A stretch of 64,000 nucleotides of DNA, taken from an uncultured Opitutales bacterium (GTDB lineage: Bacteria; Verrucomicrobiota; Verrucomicrobiia; Opitutales; T3Sed10-336). Position 1 is the stretch's first letter; each line of letters opens with the position of its first letter. The stretch is from positions 5,968-69,967 of the forward strand of contig CAZYAN010000012.1 of the NCBI GenBank assembly GCA_964645585.1, given 5' to 3'. The position numbers were made by a program, and so were the translations under genes. A model generated the notes under the pieces. The model was not told the DNA's origin and did not search any database. It worked only from the letters and a program-made list of their open reading frames with translations. Of the stretch, positions 52,650-63,500 are shown in pieces.

Positions 52650-54275
52650 CTACGCCGTTTTGCGCGTTTGCTCTTGTGAGGCGGGGCTCAGATCGTTTAT
52701 AGCGGGGCCGGTGAGAACTTTCCCATGGGGGTCGAAGCGCGATCCGTGGCAGGGGCAGTCCCACGATTTTGTCTCGGCGTTCCAAGCGACAATGCAACCG
52801 AGGTGCGTGCAGGCTGCGGAATGTTGGTGAAAGGCTCCGGATTCGTCACGGTAGACGGCGATCTTCTTCGATCCACTCCGTACAATGGCTCCTGATCCCG
52901 GGCTGATCTCGTATTTCGAGCTTACTTCGCCGGAGCTGGCATAGGCGGTGTATTGCTTAGCGACGTTAAGGTTTTCTTGTACAAAATGGGTTAATGCCCG
53001 CACCGGCTTCCGGGATGGATTATATAGCGCCTCCCAAGGATTCGAGCGGCCGAGAATCAGGTCCGAAATCAAGATTCCCGCGATCGTTCCGTGCGTCATA
53101 CCCATGCCGGAATCGCCGGTTGCGATGAAGATATTCTCCGGGCCGCGGGGGTTTCGTCCGATATAGGCGAGACCGTCGAGTGTTTCGAGAACCTGTCCGC
53201 TCCACCGAAACGCGACCTCCTCGATCGCTGGAAACCGATGCCGCGCCCAAGCTTCGAGGCGAGCATAACGTTCCCCCGCGTCCGACGCTTGTCCGGTTTT
53301 GTGATCTTCTCCGCCGATGATCAACAGCTCTCGGCTGCTGTCCTCGGGATCGGCTTGCAGGCGCACGTAGTGATAGCTGTCGAGTGTATCCCAGCACAAG
53401 GCGTGGCTGAATGCGCCAGCTGGAACTCGTGCCGCAATGACGTAAGTCCGGTACGGATACAATTTCGTGTGCATCTTGTAACGATCGTTGACCGGCGAAT
53501 TCGTTGCAACAACCACCGCCCGCGTCCGAATTTCGCAGCCTTGCTTCGTGCGGACGGAGGCGACTGCACCGCCGCTAAACTCGACGGCTGGCGTTCGGGC
53601 AAAGAAGTGAACACCGCGAGCAGCGGACCGTTCGACTAAAGCATGCAGGTAGCGGAGCGGATGAAAGTGAGCCTGATTCGGAAACCGTAAGCAGGGGCCT
53701 GAAAGAAAACCGCGCACGGGGGCCTGGGTCAGTTGTTCCACCGACTCCAGGCCCGCCCGGTGCGCGGCCCCCATTTCCTCCTCCAGCAGGCGTTCGGTTT
53801 CGCCGTCCGCCAAAAATAGATATCCGTCGAGCCGCTCAAAGTCGCAATCGATAGTCTGCTCGCGGACGGTTTCAGCGATAAAGTCGATCGCGCGCGAATG
53901 ACTTTGAGCAGCGAGAACCGCGCCGTCAGTTCCGTGAAGGCGTTCGACTTCTGTGTACCCGTCGTCGATGGCGTTGGAGAGGTGAGCCGTGGTATGGCTG
54001 GTCTCGCCGGCGAGGAGCGGGCCGCGATCGATAAGCGCTACCGATTGGCCCTCACCGGCAAGAACAAATGCGGTGGTCACGCCGGCAATTCCGCCGCCGA
54101 CAATGCAGACGTCGACGGCGATGTCGCGCTGGAGCGATGCCGGTTCCGGAGACGCCGAGGGCGCGCGCCAGAGGGATTCATGCTTCAAAGGTGACTGGTG
54201 CGCGGTCATGGGATCGGGTATGGCTGGTGCTTCATCAGTTTCGTTGAGTTTAGCCGTTAACGACCGTTCCTCCAT
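52650..54275 (-). CDS. FAD-dependent oxidoreductase fused to a C-terminal Rieske [2Fe-2S] domain
   Basis: 'DVCIVGGGIAGV' dinucleotide fold. 'CTHLGCIVAW...WDCPCHGSRF' Rieske ligands. The alternative start at 54209 avoids a 26-nt overlap with the upstream SDR. Confidence 0.85.
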   Translation of the reverse strand: MEERSLTAKLNETDEAPAIPDPMTAHQSPLKHESLWRAPSASPEPASLQRDIAVDVCIVGGGIAGVTTAFVLAGEGQSVALIDRGPLLAGETSHTTAHLSNAIDDGYTEVERLHGTDGAVLAAQSHSRAIDFIAETVREQTIDCDFERLDGYLFLADGETERLLEEEMGAAHRAGLESVEQLTQAPVRGFLSGPCLRFPNQAHFHPLRYLHALVERSAARGVHFFARTPAVEFSGGAVASVRTKQGCEIRTRAVVVATNSPVNDRYKMHTKLYPYRTYVIAARVPAGAFSHALCWDTLDSYHYVRLQADPEDSSRELLIIGGEDHKTGQASDAGERYARLEAWARHRFPAIEEVAFRWSGQVLETLDGLAYIGRNPRGPENIFIATGDSGMGMTHGTIAGILISDLILGRSNPWEALYNPSRKPVRALTHFVQENLNVAKQYTAYASSGEVSSKYEISPGSGAIVRSGSKKIAVYRDESGAFHQHSAACTHLGCIVAWNAETKSWDCPCHGSRFDPHGKVLTGPAINDLSPASQEQTRKTA

Positions 54276-55098
54276 TCGGATGCAGCACTTGCCCGGTCAT
54301 ATAGGAAGCGTCCTCGGAGGCGAGGAAGACGTAGGACGGTGCAACCTCTTCGGGCTGTCCGACCCGTCCGAGCGGCGCGCTCTTCCCGAATCCCTCGACC
54401 TCTTTCGCGTCGAAGCTCGACGGAATCAGCGGTGTCCAGATCGGTCCTGGTGCGACGGCGTTGACCCGGATGTTCTTTGCGGCGAGTGCCTGGGACAAAG
54501 ACCGTGTGAAGGCGACAATCGCGCCTTTGGTCGCTGAGTAGTCGATCAGATTGGGTTTTCCTTTGTAGGCGGTGATCGACGTCGTGTTGATGATCGAACT
54601 GCCCTCTGTCAGATGAGGGAGGGCTGCTTTCGTCAGGAAGAAGTGGGCGAAGATATTTGTTCGAAACGTCTTCACCAGTTGTTCCTCGCTGATGTCCATC
54701 AGGCTCGCTTGCGGGTATTGCACGGCGGCGTTATTGACGAGGATATCGAGGCGACCGAACTCCTCGATGGTTTTGGCTACAAGATCGCGGCAATGCTTCT
54801 CGTTTCCGACATCGCCGGGAATGATCACGCACCGGCGGTTCTCGTTGGTGACGGCCTTTTCGGTTGCATGGGCATCTGTGTGTTCTTCGAGATAAGAAAT
54901 GATAACGTCGGCACCCTCCCGGGCGAAGGCGATCGCAACCGCCCGTCCGATTCCGCTGTCGCCCCCGGTGATCAGCGCAACCTTGCCGCGTAATTTGCCT
55001 GCGGCGGGAGCGCCGGCCTCGCTGGTCTTCGGCTCGGGCGTCATCTTTTCCTGTCTCCCTGGCTGGTGCTCCTGCTGCTGTTTCGGCGGCTGTTCCAT
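54250..55098 (-). CDS. Short-chain dehydrogenase/reductase (SDR)
   Basis: 'KVALITGGDSGIGRA', 'NNAA' and catalytic 'YSATKGA'. Confidence 0.9.
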   Translation of the reverse strand: MEQPPKQQQEHQPGRQEKMTPEPKTSEAGAPAAGKLRGKVALITGGDSGIGRAVAIAFAREGADVIISYLEEHTDAHATEKAVTNENRRCVIIPGDVGNEKHCRDLVAKTIEEFGRLDILVNNAAVQYPQASLMDISEEQLVKTFRTNIFAHFFLTKAALPHLTEGSSIINTTSITAYKGKPNLIDYSATKGAIVAFTRSLSQALAAKNIRVNAVAPGPIWTPLIPSSFDAKEVEGFGKSAPLGRVGQPEEVAPSYVFLASEDASYMTGQVLHPNGGTVVNG

Positions 55099-55413
55099 TC
55101 GATTTTCGGAAAGGGAAGCAGCGAACGTGCCAGCCTGGCGGACAGGAGGCGCGGCGGGTGAGGTTTGTCGGCGTCAATGCGAGCTTGGGGGAGCGAACGA
55201 GTGGGTTTGGTTGCGTTCTGCACGCGGGCGAAGCGGCGGGGTTGCGCATTGCAAAACGCGGTTTCTCGTGGACTGGCGAAACGTGGAAGGGAGTCAGGAC
55301 ATGCCTGCGGCAGTGAAGTCCAGCCGGGGCGCATCCAGTCGACGAATCGGAGAGTTTCGATTTTTGTTCGATCCCGCGCTTGTCGCGGATATCGTTTCCG
55401 GTGGAACAGTGTG

Positions 55414-56043
55414 ATGAAAGCGATAATCGGTACGGATCCTCAGATTGATTTTTGTCCGGGCGGTGCGTTGGCCGTGGCGGACGGAGACGCGGTGATTGAG
55501 CCAATCAACCGGATGTTTGAAGTGTTTCGCTGTCGTGTGCTGACGCAGGACAACCATCCTCCAGGCCACCTTTCGTTCGCTTCGTCCCATGAAGCAAAGC
55601 GTCCCTATGACCTTCTGCAGGTTGCGTACGGCGAGCAAATTCTCTGGCCGGACCATTGTGTGCAAGGCTCCCGCGGCGCGGAATTCCATCCGGACGTTGC
55701 CGTGGAGCGCGCCGATGTCATTATTCGCAAGGGGTTTCATCGCGAAATTGATTCGTATTCGGCCTTCTTTGAAAACGATCACAAGACGTCGACCGGTCTT
55801 GCGGGATACCTGCGCGAGCGAGGAGTCACGACGGTTTATATCGCGGGACTGGCGTTTGATTTCTGTGTCGGCTGGTCAGCGCTTGACGCGCGCAAGCTCG
55901 GGTTTGATGCGGTAGTTGTCGAGGAGGCATGCCGCGCGATCGATGTCAACGACTCGGCGGCGAAGATGGCGCGCGATTTGAAGGAAGCCGGCTGCCGCGT
56001 CTGCACGGTTGAGGAAGCGCTGCGGGAAGCGCGGCAGGCGTAG
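55414..56043 (+). CDS. pncA: Nicotinamidase/pyrazinamidase (isochorismatase family)
   Basis: ATG at 55414 'MKAIIGTDPQIDFCPGGALAV'. 'WPDHCVQGS'. Catalytic Cys in 'IAGLAFDFCV'. Confidence 0.9.
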   Translation: MKAIIGTDPQIDFCPGGALAVADGDAVIEPINRMFEVFRCRVLTQDNHPPGHLSFASSHEAKRPYDLLQVAYGEQILWPDHCVQGSRGAEFHPDVAVERADVIIRKGFHREIDSYSAFFENDHKTSTGLAGYLRERGVTTVYIAGLAFDFCVGWSALDARKLGFDAVVVEEACRAIDVNDSAAKMARDLKEAGCRVCTVEEALREARQA

Positions 56044-56122
56044 GCAGCGGGGACGGCTTGTCGCCTCCGCTGGCGCAGTCGCTAATCGCCGGCCGTCCCA
56101 TGGACAGGCGGCTTCACTCACT

Positions 56123-56566
56123 TTACCCGTTGGAAACAGGTACGCCGGGCGATCTGCCGTGGTAGGTAACGATGGTGTGGAGGCGCCGTCCGATCGTTTC
56201 GGCGAGAGCGATCAATTCCTCGGCTTCCGGGGTGTTTAGATGGATACGGCAGTTTCGCCGCCACAGGTCGAGCCAGGCATCAAAATGTTTTTGACCGAGC
56301 TGCAACGGAAGGTGTTTCAGCGGCATCGCGCCCCGATAAGTTGGCGGGCCACCGGTCGCCGTGCCCCAGAAATCGGCGATATTTGCGATGTGCGCCGGCC
56401 AGTCGGAAACTGTCGCGTTAAAGATCGGCCCGATCGTGTTATGCTGCCGCACATCGGCGTAAAAGTGATGCAGTAACGGAAGGATCCGTTCGCGTCCGCC
56501 GATCCGGTCAAAGAGGCTTTTTCGATCGGCAGGCACCGGATGACTGGCGTGTGGAGGTTCATTCAT
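56123..56566 (-). CDS. Truncated-hemoglobin-like globin (group II/III)
   Basis: 'LFDRIGGRERILPLLHHFYADV', 'FWGTATGGPPTYRG', 'HLPLQL' and 'HFDAWLDLW'. Confidence 0.7.
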   Translation of the reverse strand: MNEPPHASHPVPADRKSLFDRIGGRERILPLLHHFYADVRQHNTIGPIFNATVSDWPAHIANIADFWGTATGGPPTYRGAMPLKHLPLQLGQKHFDAWLDLWRRNCRIHLNTPEAEELIALAETIGRRLHTIVTYHGRSPGVPVSNG

Positions 56567-56669
56567 CACGCGCAAGGATACGATATCTTACGCGATTTTC
56601 CAGCGTTCAAACGAACGCGGACAGATTTGCATCGGGCGGATGGGCACTGGGGTGAACCGTTCAACCGCC

Positions 56670-56689
56670 GCTGAATTGCGCGATTCAGC
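56670..56689 (-). terminator. Weak hairpin downstream of the giant-protein operon
   Basis: GCTGAAT-N6-ATTCAGC has a 7-bp stem. No U-tract follows. Confidence 0.3.
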
Positions 56690-56720
56690 GACGGGTTTGG
56701 CTGGGTTCTCCCGGCTCTTG

Positions 56721-59700
56721 TTATTTTAAGCGCAAACCAACCCTCCAGAAGTTGCGATCGAATCCTTCCGACGGAACCAGGACTTCAAACATTCCGGGCA
56801 GAGGGCTGGTGATCTCCTGAACAGCGGGTGTCCAGTCGCCGCTGAGACCGGGGTTTTCGTAGAGTTCAAACTCAAGGTAGTTCGCGTACAGTGCCGGAAA
56901 CTCGAAGGAGATCAGCGTGTGGTCGGGACCGGCCGGCTCGATCAAGAGGACGGGCAGGGTGAGGGCCGCTGCCGGAACCGTCGAATAGCTCGGAAAGAGA
57001 AACGGATCTTTTCCGGCGATGTATTTTTGAAGATTGGAATACCCGTCGTTGTTGATGTCGGCCCACGGGTTGTTGCCAGTGTCGCCGAAGAAGGCTTTTT
57101 CCCACTCATCGCCGAGGAGGTTGCCGTCGGTATCCTCGCCGGTGCCGGATGGGAGCAGAACGACCTCCGCGTCCGGGCGTCCACCGACATTAATCACTTC
57201 GACAGCGGCTCCCGCGCAGGCGGCAAATGGCGCGTCGGTGAAGACTCGTGCCTGAAGCTGCGTTCCCGGCAAAATGCTGAAATTGCCGGGAAGCCGGAAC
57301 GCTTGGCCATCGCGATTGAACAGGCTGTACAAGATCGCCGGGAAATTGACTTCGTTGAGGACGAGGCATCCGGGATAAGCCAGCGAGTCGGGCCGGAACT
57401 CGAGCGTGAGGACTTGCACCGGCCGGGGATCCGGAGCACCCAAGGCCGCGTCCAGGCCGTTGAGGGCGCTGGTGTAATTCGCTGGGGTGAGGGCGGAAAA
57501 CGGAGCGCCGGCAAGATCGCTGAAGTCGGCGCGGTACGGGGCAGGAATCTCACCGGTTGCAAGAAACGCGCGCAGAACATCGATTGGAGGATCGAAGGCG
57601 CCGGGGAAGGTGTTGCCGTGCGCGGCGCTGATTCGGAAGATCTCGACAGCCAGATTCCTCAGCGCTTCCATGTCGGGATCGGCAGATGTTCGAACCGTGT
57701 CGCGAATCGCGGCCGCGGCGTCAGTGAGCCGATAGGATGGATGCAGCGGCTGCCAGGTTTCCAGCGCTTGCAGTGCCTCCTTGGTCGGTGCCAGCGCTCC
57801 TTCGGTCGCCTCGCCCATCGATGAAACGGTCTCGACCGAACGGAAGCCGGACAACGAAAGAAAGTTTGGATTCGGCGCCGGCGGATTGTTTGCATCGGCC
57901 GCCGGCGGGGTGAAGGAGCCGGGAAGAAGATTTCGTTCGATGAAACGGAGCAGCAGCCATCGCTCGAAAACCAGCGCGGCGATCACGTCAACCGAGTCGA
58001 TGGTCTCGGCCGCGACAGGCGGAGGTTCGCCTGCATAGAAAGCCGCGGCGCCCGCTATCCATTCACCGGCCTCGAGACCGTGGGTGCCTCCGGTATAGGC
58101 GCGCGTGTATTGCGGAAATGCGGGAGCCGCCATCGGCAGCAGACCGAACAATTGCCGCCCGCGATAGCTCGACTCGATGGCGGGCGGGAGAGGACCTTCG
58201 AGCGGAAAGGAAGGGCGGGTCGCCGCGAGATAAACTGTCGCTCCGGCGCCGCCGATATTCGGGAGGAAGGCTGACGGCTCGCTGAAGGGCGGATTGTGGA
58301 GGCCAAGACCTTCGTTTCGGCTGGAGGTTGCGGGAATCGGATCAGCACCTTGCCCAATGAAGGATCCATCGAGTGAATACACGAAAACCTGGTTCCCGGT
58401 GTATTCGGTTCCGTCGGGAAGGACCTCGGCCGGATTGGTTGCCAGTCGGCTTCCGGTCGCCGGATTCGCCCCGCCGTCGTGCGACAGCGGGCGGACGTAC
58501 AGGTCGACGGCGGTGCCCGCGAGCCAGCGCGGATCGATACCGGAACCGTCCAAAACGTGCTGCAAAGCGGTTGAGAGACCGCTCGACGCGTCTCCATCCG
58601 GCAAGTGGAACGGGTTGAGGCCCAAACCGAGCTTCACGTAATCGGGAACGTTGTCGCCAAGGGAACTGAGTGTATCGGGCGGTGCGGTGAACTGATAATG
58701 CGCCCGGCGGATCGGGGTGCGCTGGCCGGAGCCGTTCTCGCCGTAGTACTCGATCGTTGTTTCCTCGAAGCGCACAAGCCGGACGAATTTGTCAAACCAT
58801 ATTGCGTAGCCCGGGTCGCTCTCGGCCGGTTCCGGTCCGGGATCGACGTAGGTCTGCCAAGTGCCGCCAGCGTCTCGGAAATAGATTGTGAGGCCGGCAG
58901 GCATCGAGCTGAAACTGAGTTGAACCGCCTGGGAAAATACACCCGGGCGCGGGGAAATCGCGATCTGGCCAGTCTGTCTTCCACCGGCACGCGCGAGGGT
59001 GAAAACGGAGATGCCGTCATGGTACTGATTCAGCAGCGAGTGGCTGGCACCGGCTGGAAAGCTGCCGAGGTTTGCCGGCACGGGATCTCCGAGTCCGTCG
59101 AATTCGCCGAGGAAGGATTCCGCGACTACATCGATTGAACCGGGGGCCACGGGCGCCGTTCCGGACGTCCAGTCACGGGCATTGCGCAGCATCACCGGAC
59201 GCGCGGCCGGATCGACGAACGGCTCGGCAGTCAGCAGCACGATGTTGCCGGAGCCGGCGCGCGGGGCGATTTCTCCGAAATACTGCAGCGGCTCCGCAGT
59301 GTATTGGCCGGTGCCGGGATCCCAAGTGTGCGCGCGGGCGGAAGCGGTGCCACGACCCGCTCCGTCCGAGTAGAGGGCGACGAATCCGCCGGCGTTTCCG
59401 AGGGCGACAAAGCCGGACAAGGGAAGCGCTGGCGACGGAGCTTCAATAACCTGAATGAGCGATCCGAGCGCATTGCCGCCGGTGTATTCAAAGATGGATA
59501 CTTCGGAATAGTCATCTCGCATAACGGCCAAATGAATTTCACCGCCGCCGTCGATTGCCGAGATGGACGCTGCCGGATAGGGAAGAGAAACCGATTCCGG
59601 CGCGCCGGGTGTGTAAACATTCGCGGGATCTTCGGTAATCGAAATCCGCGTCATCAGGTCCTCGCCCGGAAGATAGGCGAGCAAGGTTCCATGGGTGTTT

Positions 59701-60551
59701 CCATTAAACGGGACGAGAAGGTAGCGCGAGTCGACTGGCAGATCGGTGACAGTCAGGCGAACCGGCGATCCCGGTTCATTGAGAGAAACCACTCGCAGGA
59801 TCGCGCTGGCCTCCGACCGTTCCATATAAGCGACTGTCGAGTCGAGGCCGGTCTTCAGCACGACGCGGCTAACGTCGTCAAGGGTGCGGGGCGTGGAAGC
59901 AGCGGTCCCGTGCAGCGTCAGCGTGCCTGCCGGCTGATTCGTGTACCGTCCGGCGCGATAGGGATTGGGGGCGCTGTTGAGGGACGAGGTGAGGAAGAGA
60001 TCTTCCAGCGAGGTTGTTCCAGCAATCTGCCCGGAAGCGATCGAAAGCGGACCAAGAGCGCCGGCGATATCGTTGGCAACCGGACCAGCGGCCGGGTGCA
60101 GCGGATCGACGAAGTTCACCCGGTTGGCGTCCGGTGCTGTGACGGCTAAGGAGTAGCGGGCGAGGTCCAGGAAAATGCCTCCTGTGGCTGCGGTCACTTC
60201 CGCGATGCCGGATGCTTCGGGCTCCTGCCAAACAAAACTTCCCGGCACGACCTGACGCCCGAGCCGATAGGCGCCGGAAGTTCTATCGACGATCACGGTG
60301 TCGACGAGCCCGTCGCCCGTGAAGTCCGCCGCCACATGCACCTCCAGCTCGGTATCGGCCACGGTAACCGGCGGCAGCGCGGCCGCGGCGGGGAGCGCCC
60401 AGGCGGCGAACAAGGCGGTCGACAGAACAGCAGGCGTCGCGAGCGCCTTGGCGGCGCGCGACACGGATTGCCGTCCCGGTGAAATTTCCCTTGCGGGAAT
60501 CTGGGTCCGGACTTGTGCCCGGCGCCGTTTACAGTTGTTTTCCCATTTCAT
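56721..60551 (-). CDS. Giant secreted protein (1,276 aa) with FG-GAP/VCBS-like N-terminal motif and C-terminal Ca-loop + 'FWRV' domain
   Basis: Signal-like 'ALATPAVLSTALFAAWALPAAAA'. 'ADFTGDGLVDTVIVD'. C-terminal 'DTDGN...ADINNDGYSNLQKYIAGKDP...LSGDWTP...RNFWRVGLRLK'. The start is 20 nt after the upstream stop. Confidence 0.8.
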   Translation of the reverse strand: MKWENNCKRRRAQVRTQIPAREISPGRQSVSRAAKALATPAVLSTALFAAWALPAAAALPPVTVADTELEVHVAADFTGDGLVDTVIVDRTSGAYRLGRQVVPGSFVWQEPEASGIAEVTAATGGIFLDLARYSLAVTAPDANRVNFVDPLHPAAGPVANDIAGALGPLSIASGQIAGTTSLEDLFLTSSLNSAPNPYRAGRYTNQPAGTLTLHGTAASTPRTLDDVSRVVLKTGLDSTVAYMERSEASAILRVVSLNEPGSPVRLTVTDLPVDSRYLLVPFNGNTHGTLLAYLPGEDLMTRISITEDPANVYTPGAPESVSLPYPAASISAIDGGGEIHLAVMRDDYSEVSIFEYTGGNALGSLIQVIEAPSPALPLSGFVALGNAGGFVALYSDGAGRGTASARAHTWDPGTGQYTAEPLQYFGEIAPRAGSGNIVLLTAEPFVDPAARPVMLRNARDWTSGTAPVAPGSIDVVAESFLGEFDGLGDPVPANLGSFPAGASHSLLNQYHDGISVFTLARAGGRQTGQIAISPRPGVFSQAVQLSFSSMPAGLTIYFRDAGGTWQTYVDPGPEPAESDPGYAIWFDKFVRLVRFEETTIEYYGENGSGQRTPIRRAHYQFTAPPDTLSSLGDNVPDYVKLGLGLNPFHLPDGDASSGLSTALQHVLDGSGIDPRWLAGTAVDLYVRPLSHDGGANPATGSRLATNPAEVLPDGTEYTGNQVFVYSLDGSFIGQGADPIPATSSRNEGLGLHNPPFSEPSAFLPNIGGAGATVYLAATRPSFPLEGPLPPAIESSYRGRQLFGLLPMAAPAFPQYTRAYTGGTHGLEAGEWIAGAAAFYAGEPPPVAAETIDSVDVIAALVFERWLLLRFIERNLLPGSFTPPAADANNPPAPNPNFLSLSGFRSVETVSSMGEATEGALAPTKEALQALETWQPLHPSYRLTDAAAAIRDTVRTSADPDMEALRNLAVEIFRISAAHGNTFPGAFDPPIDVLRAFLATGEIPAPYRADFSDLAGAPFSALTPANYTSALNGLDAALGAPDPRPVQVLTLEFRPDSLAYPGCLVLNEVNFPAILYSLFNRDGQAFRLPGNFSILPGTQLQARVFTDAPFAACAGAAVEVINVGGRPDAEVVLLPSGTGEDTDGNLLGDEWEKAFFGDTGNNPWADINNDGYSNLQKYIAGKDPFLFPSYSTVPAAALTLPVLLIEPAGPDHTLISFEFPALYANYLEFELYENPGLSGDWTPAVQEITSPLPGMFEVLVPSEGFDRNFWRVGLRLK

Positions 60552-60570
60552 CGAAGAGCACTCCTTGTAT

Positions 60571-63500
60571 TCAGGGAATGGTTACGGTTCCCGCCGGGAT
60601 AATTTTGAAGATCTCCTTGGAGATCGGATCGAAGAGCACCAGCAGATAATAGTACGTTGCCCCGATGACCTGGGGCTGTGTGTCGAGCAGATAAATATCG
60701 GCCTTGCTTTGATTGATGTAGGAGTGGCCGACGTGAATGAACGGATCTTGGATGTATTGGCCTTCCACTGTCTCCTCGGCGACGATGGTCTCCATCAACG
60801 GCGAAACCTGTACGATATCGCCGGGCACCTGCGAATAGAGGGTGCCGTCGGGCACTTGCGTCCGGTAGAGGGCCGCCGGGAGAATTGTGCGCTCCCCGGC
60901 CGGCGCGGCAAAATTCGCCTTGAACAGCCAGACATCCACATCGTGCGGCATTTGGATAACGAAGGTTGGGTACCCTTCTTTCTCGCTAACCGGGCGGAAG
61001 TATCCATCCACTTGGCCGATGCGAACACCGACCATCGAACGTTCGTCGATGTAGACAGCGCCGAGGTGCGGACTGAAAGAGTCAGCCGTGTCGACGCCCG
61101 GCAGCGGGCGCGCGGGCCACGGGACGTCGGGTCCGCTGCCTTCCTCCTCGGGCTTCCATTCAAACTCCTCGACATTGCTCCATGGACCGACCTCGCCGCT
61201 GGCGGTTACGGCCGCTACTTTCACGCGCAGCCGTGTACCCGGAAGAACCGGAACGTCGAGCGAAAACATCGCGCCGTCGCCGAACAGCGGTCCAACCAGT
61301 TCGGTATTGAACGAAGCGTAGTCGAAATTTTCCATGACCCCGTTTCCGACATCCTCGGACACGATGTTCGGTGACGGGGTGTCGGGGTCGTCGTAGAGTA
61401 AGTCCGAGGAGGCGGCCGAAATCACGCTCGGTGTCGCGGCGATCCAGAGGCGGAACCGTTCGACGCCGTGGGGCGGGCAGAACCAGCGGATGCCCGCGTT
61501 GGGAACGATGCCGTCGACCTTCGACTCGATTGGTGCCAGCATCGGCTTGGGAATCGGCTGCGTGCCCTGCACAGGAAGGCACCCGAGGCGCGTCATTCTG
61601 CTGGGGTTTCCGTTGAGGTCAAAGACTTGCAGGAAGAAGCAAAGCTCCGATTCGGTTGCCGGAAGCAGCTCCACGGCGACAAAAACCGGGATCAGCGGGT
61701 TAAATTCGCCGGAATCTTCATGCACGAGCGTGAGCGGACCATCGTCGATTCGGGCGTAGAGCTTGTATTGAACCGTGCCTTCGGGAGGCAGAAACTCGAC
61801 GGTGATTCCCGGATGTTCATCCGGCGGGATGAATTCGGGCGGCGGGATGAGATGGGTTTGGCAATAGCGCGAGCCTTGTCCGGGAACTTCGATTTGATCA
61901 ACGCGCTGATACTCCCCCCAGACCGCCCACGGAACTTCGGTCGCGGTATCCGCCGTCGGCACAAGCGGAACGTCGATCGTGCTCCAGCCGGACACCTCGC
62001 CGTGAATCGTCACGGCGCGGGCTTGGAAGTTCCAGAGCTTTTGATCCTGGTTCATTCGAACCTCGCGGTAGGGGAGGGTGAGCTTTCTTGCATTGTCAGC
62101 AAAGGTCACGCGGCCGAGGTCGTGGAAAATCCCTCCCGCTTCGACGCGGCGGAAATCGACCGCGACAATATTCGGTTCATTTTCGGGGCGTTCAGCGGTG
62201 AGGTAAAAAGTAAGATAGTCGGGATCCGGGCGTTCAATCGGGCGTCGCGCCGGCGATTTTCCTTCAATTTTTGGAACAACGCACCAAGTTTGAATGGTGC
62301 CGTCGGGCCGTGCCGGACCCACGCGGTCCCGCAAGACACCAGGAGCCGGCGCGCTGTGCCCGGAGAGATTGTAAAAGGGGGGATCCGCGCAAACCGCCGC
62401 GCCGGGAGGAGAGAGCATGCCGTCGTCCACGGCGCGGATCGTGTACCATACGGTGTTGTCGAAAATAAGGCCGGTGGACATATCGTAGGGCCCGGGATCC
62501 TCCCAGGAGGTTTGCGTATACGGAAGCGGGATCGGTGTAACGAGGTTGACGCTCGGGTCGCCTCCGAGCTGATAGACTTCGTCGGAACGGCTCCATCGGT
62601 AAATGAGGTAACCGGTGGTCTTCTTATCTCCGCTGTTGTCGGGGGCGTCCCAGTGGAGGCGGAGCACTTGCTCTTCGGCGCCGCCGTTGTAGGTGAACTC
62701 GTTGGTGACCTTTAAGCCTCGAGGCGTGCGCGGCGGCATCGTGTCGCAAAAAGTGCCGAGCGTGCCCGGTGAGGTTCCGCTGTGAATATCGCGTCCAAGG
62801 ATGTCGCGCACCGTGACAAAATAATAAAACTGGTCGCCATGTTTCGGCGCGGTGTGTGTGTCGGGAAAACCTGGAAATCTCGTTTCCTCGTCGATATAGA
62901 AAAAGACCTCGTGATCCGCGGTCGTCACTTCCGGAGCGGTCAGCATCTGGTCCGGCGTAATGGGTGCTTGGTTCACGCGATCGACGCCCGATCCCGGCAT
63001 TTCGCTCAGTGCGGAGATAATTTCGCCGGATGGCGGTGAACCGGGCCAGCCGTCACCTTCCGCAAAAGTCTTGTCCACCCGGTAAAGGTTGAAGCCTTGT
63101 GTCAGCAATTGCACGCGGCGCAAGGCGTCGGGTGTATCCCAGCGAAGTTTAATGTTCAGGTTGCTGAAGCCTGTTTGCGGGTTCATGGGCGCCGCCGCGA
63201 CCGCGGTTGGCGGCGGCAGCAGCACCGGCGCGGCGTGATTGACCGTGACGCGCCCCACAACACCGAGATCCGCGTTTCGGGCCGAGTCATGTTCGCGGAT
63301 CTCAAACGTCATGTCCCCCGCGGGCGGAATCGGCAGGGCGACCGCTTGGCCGAGCGCCATATTCAGGGCCGGGTGGCGGCGGGCGGCAAGAAGGAGGTTC
63401 TCGACATGGCGATCTTCAGTGAGGGCGCCGAGGATGACGCCGGAGATTTTTTCCGGCAGGCCGATGGACCCGGTGGCGAGATCCTCGAAGAGATTGGTGA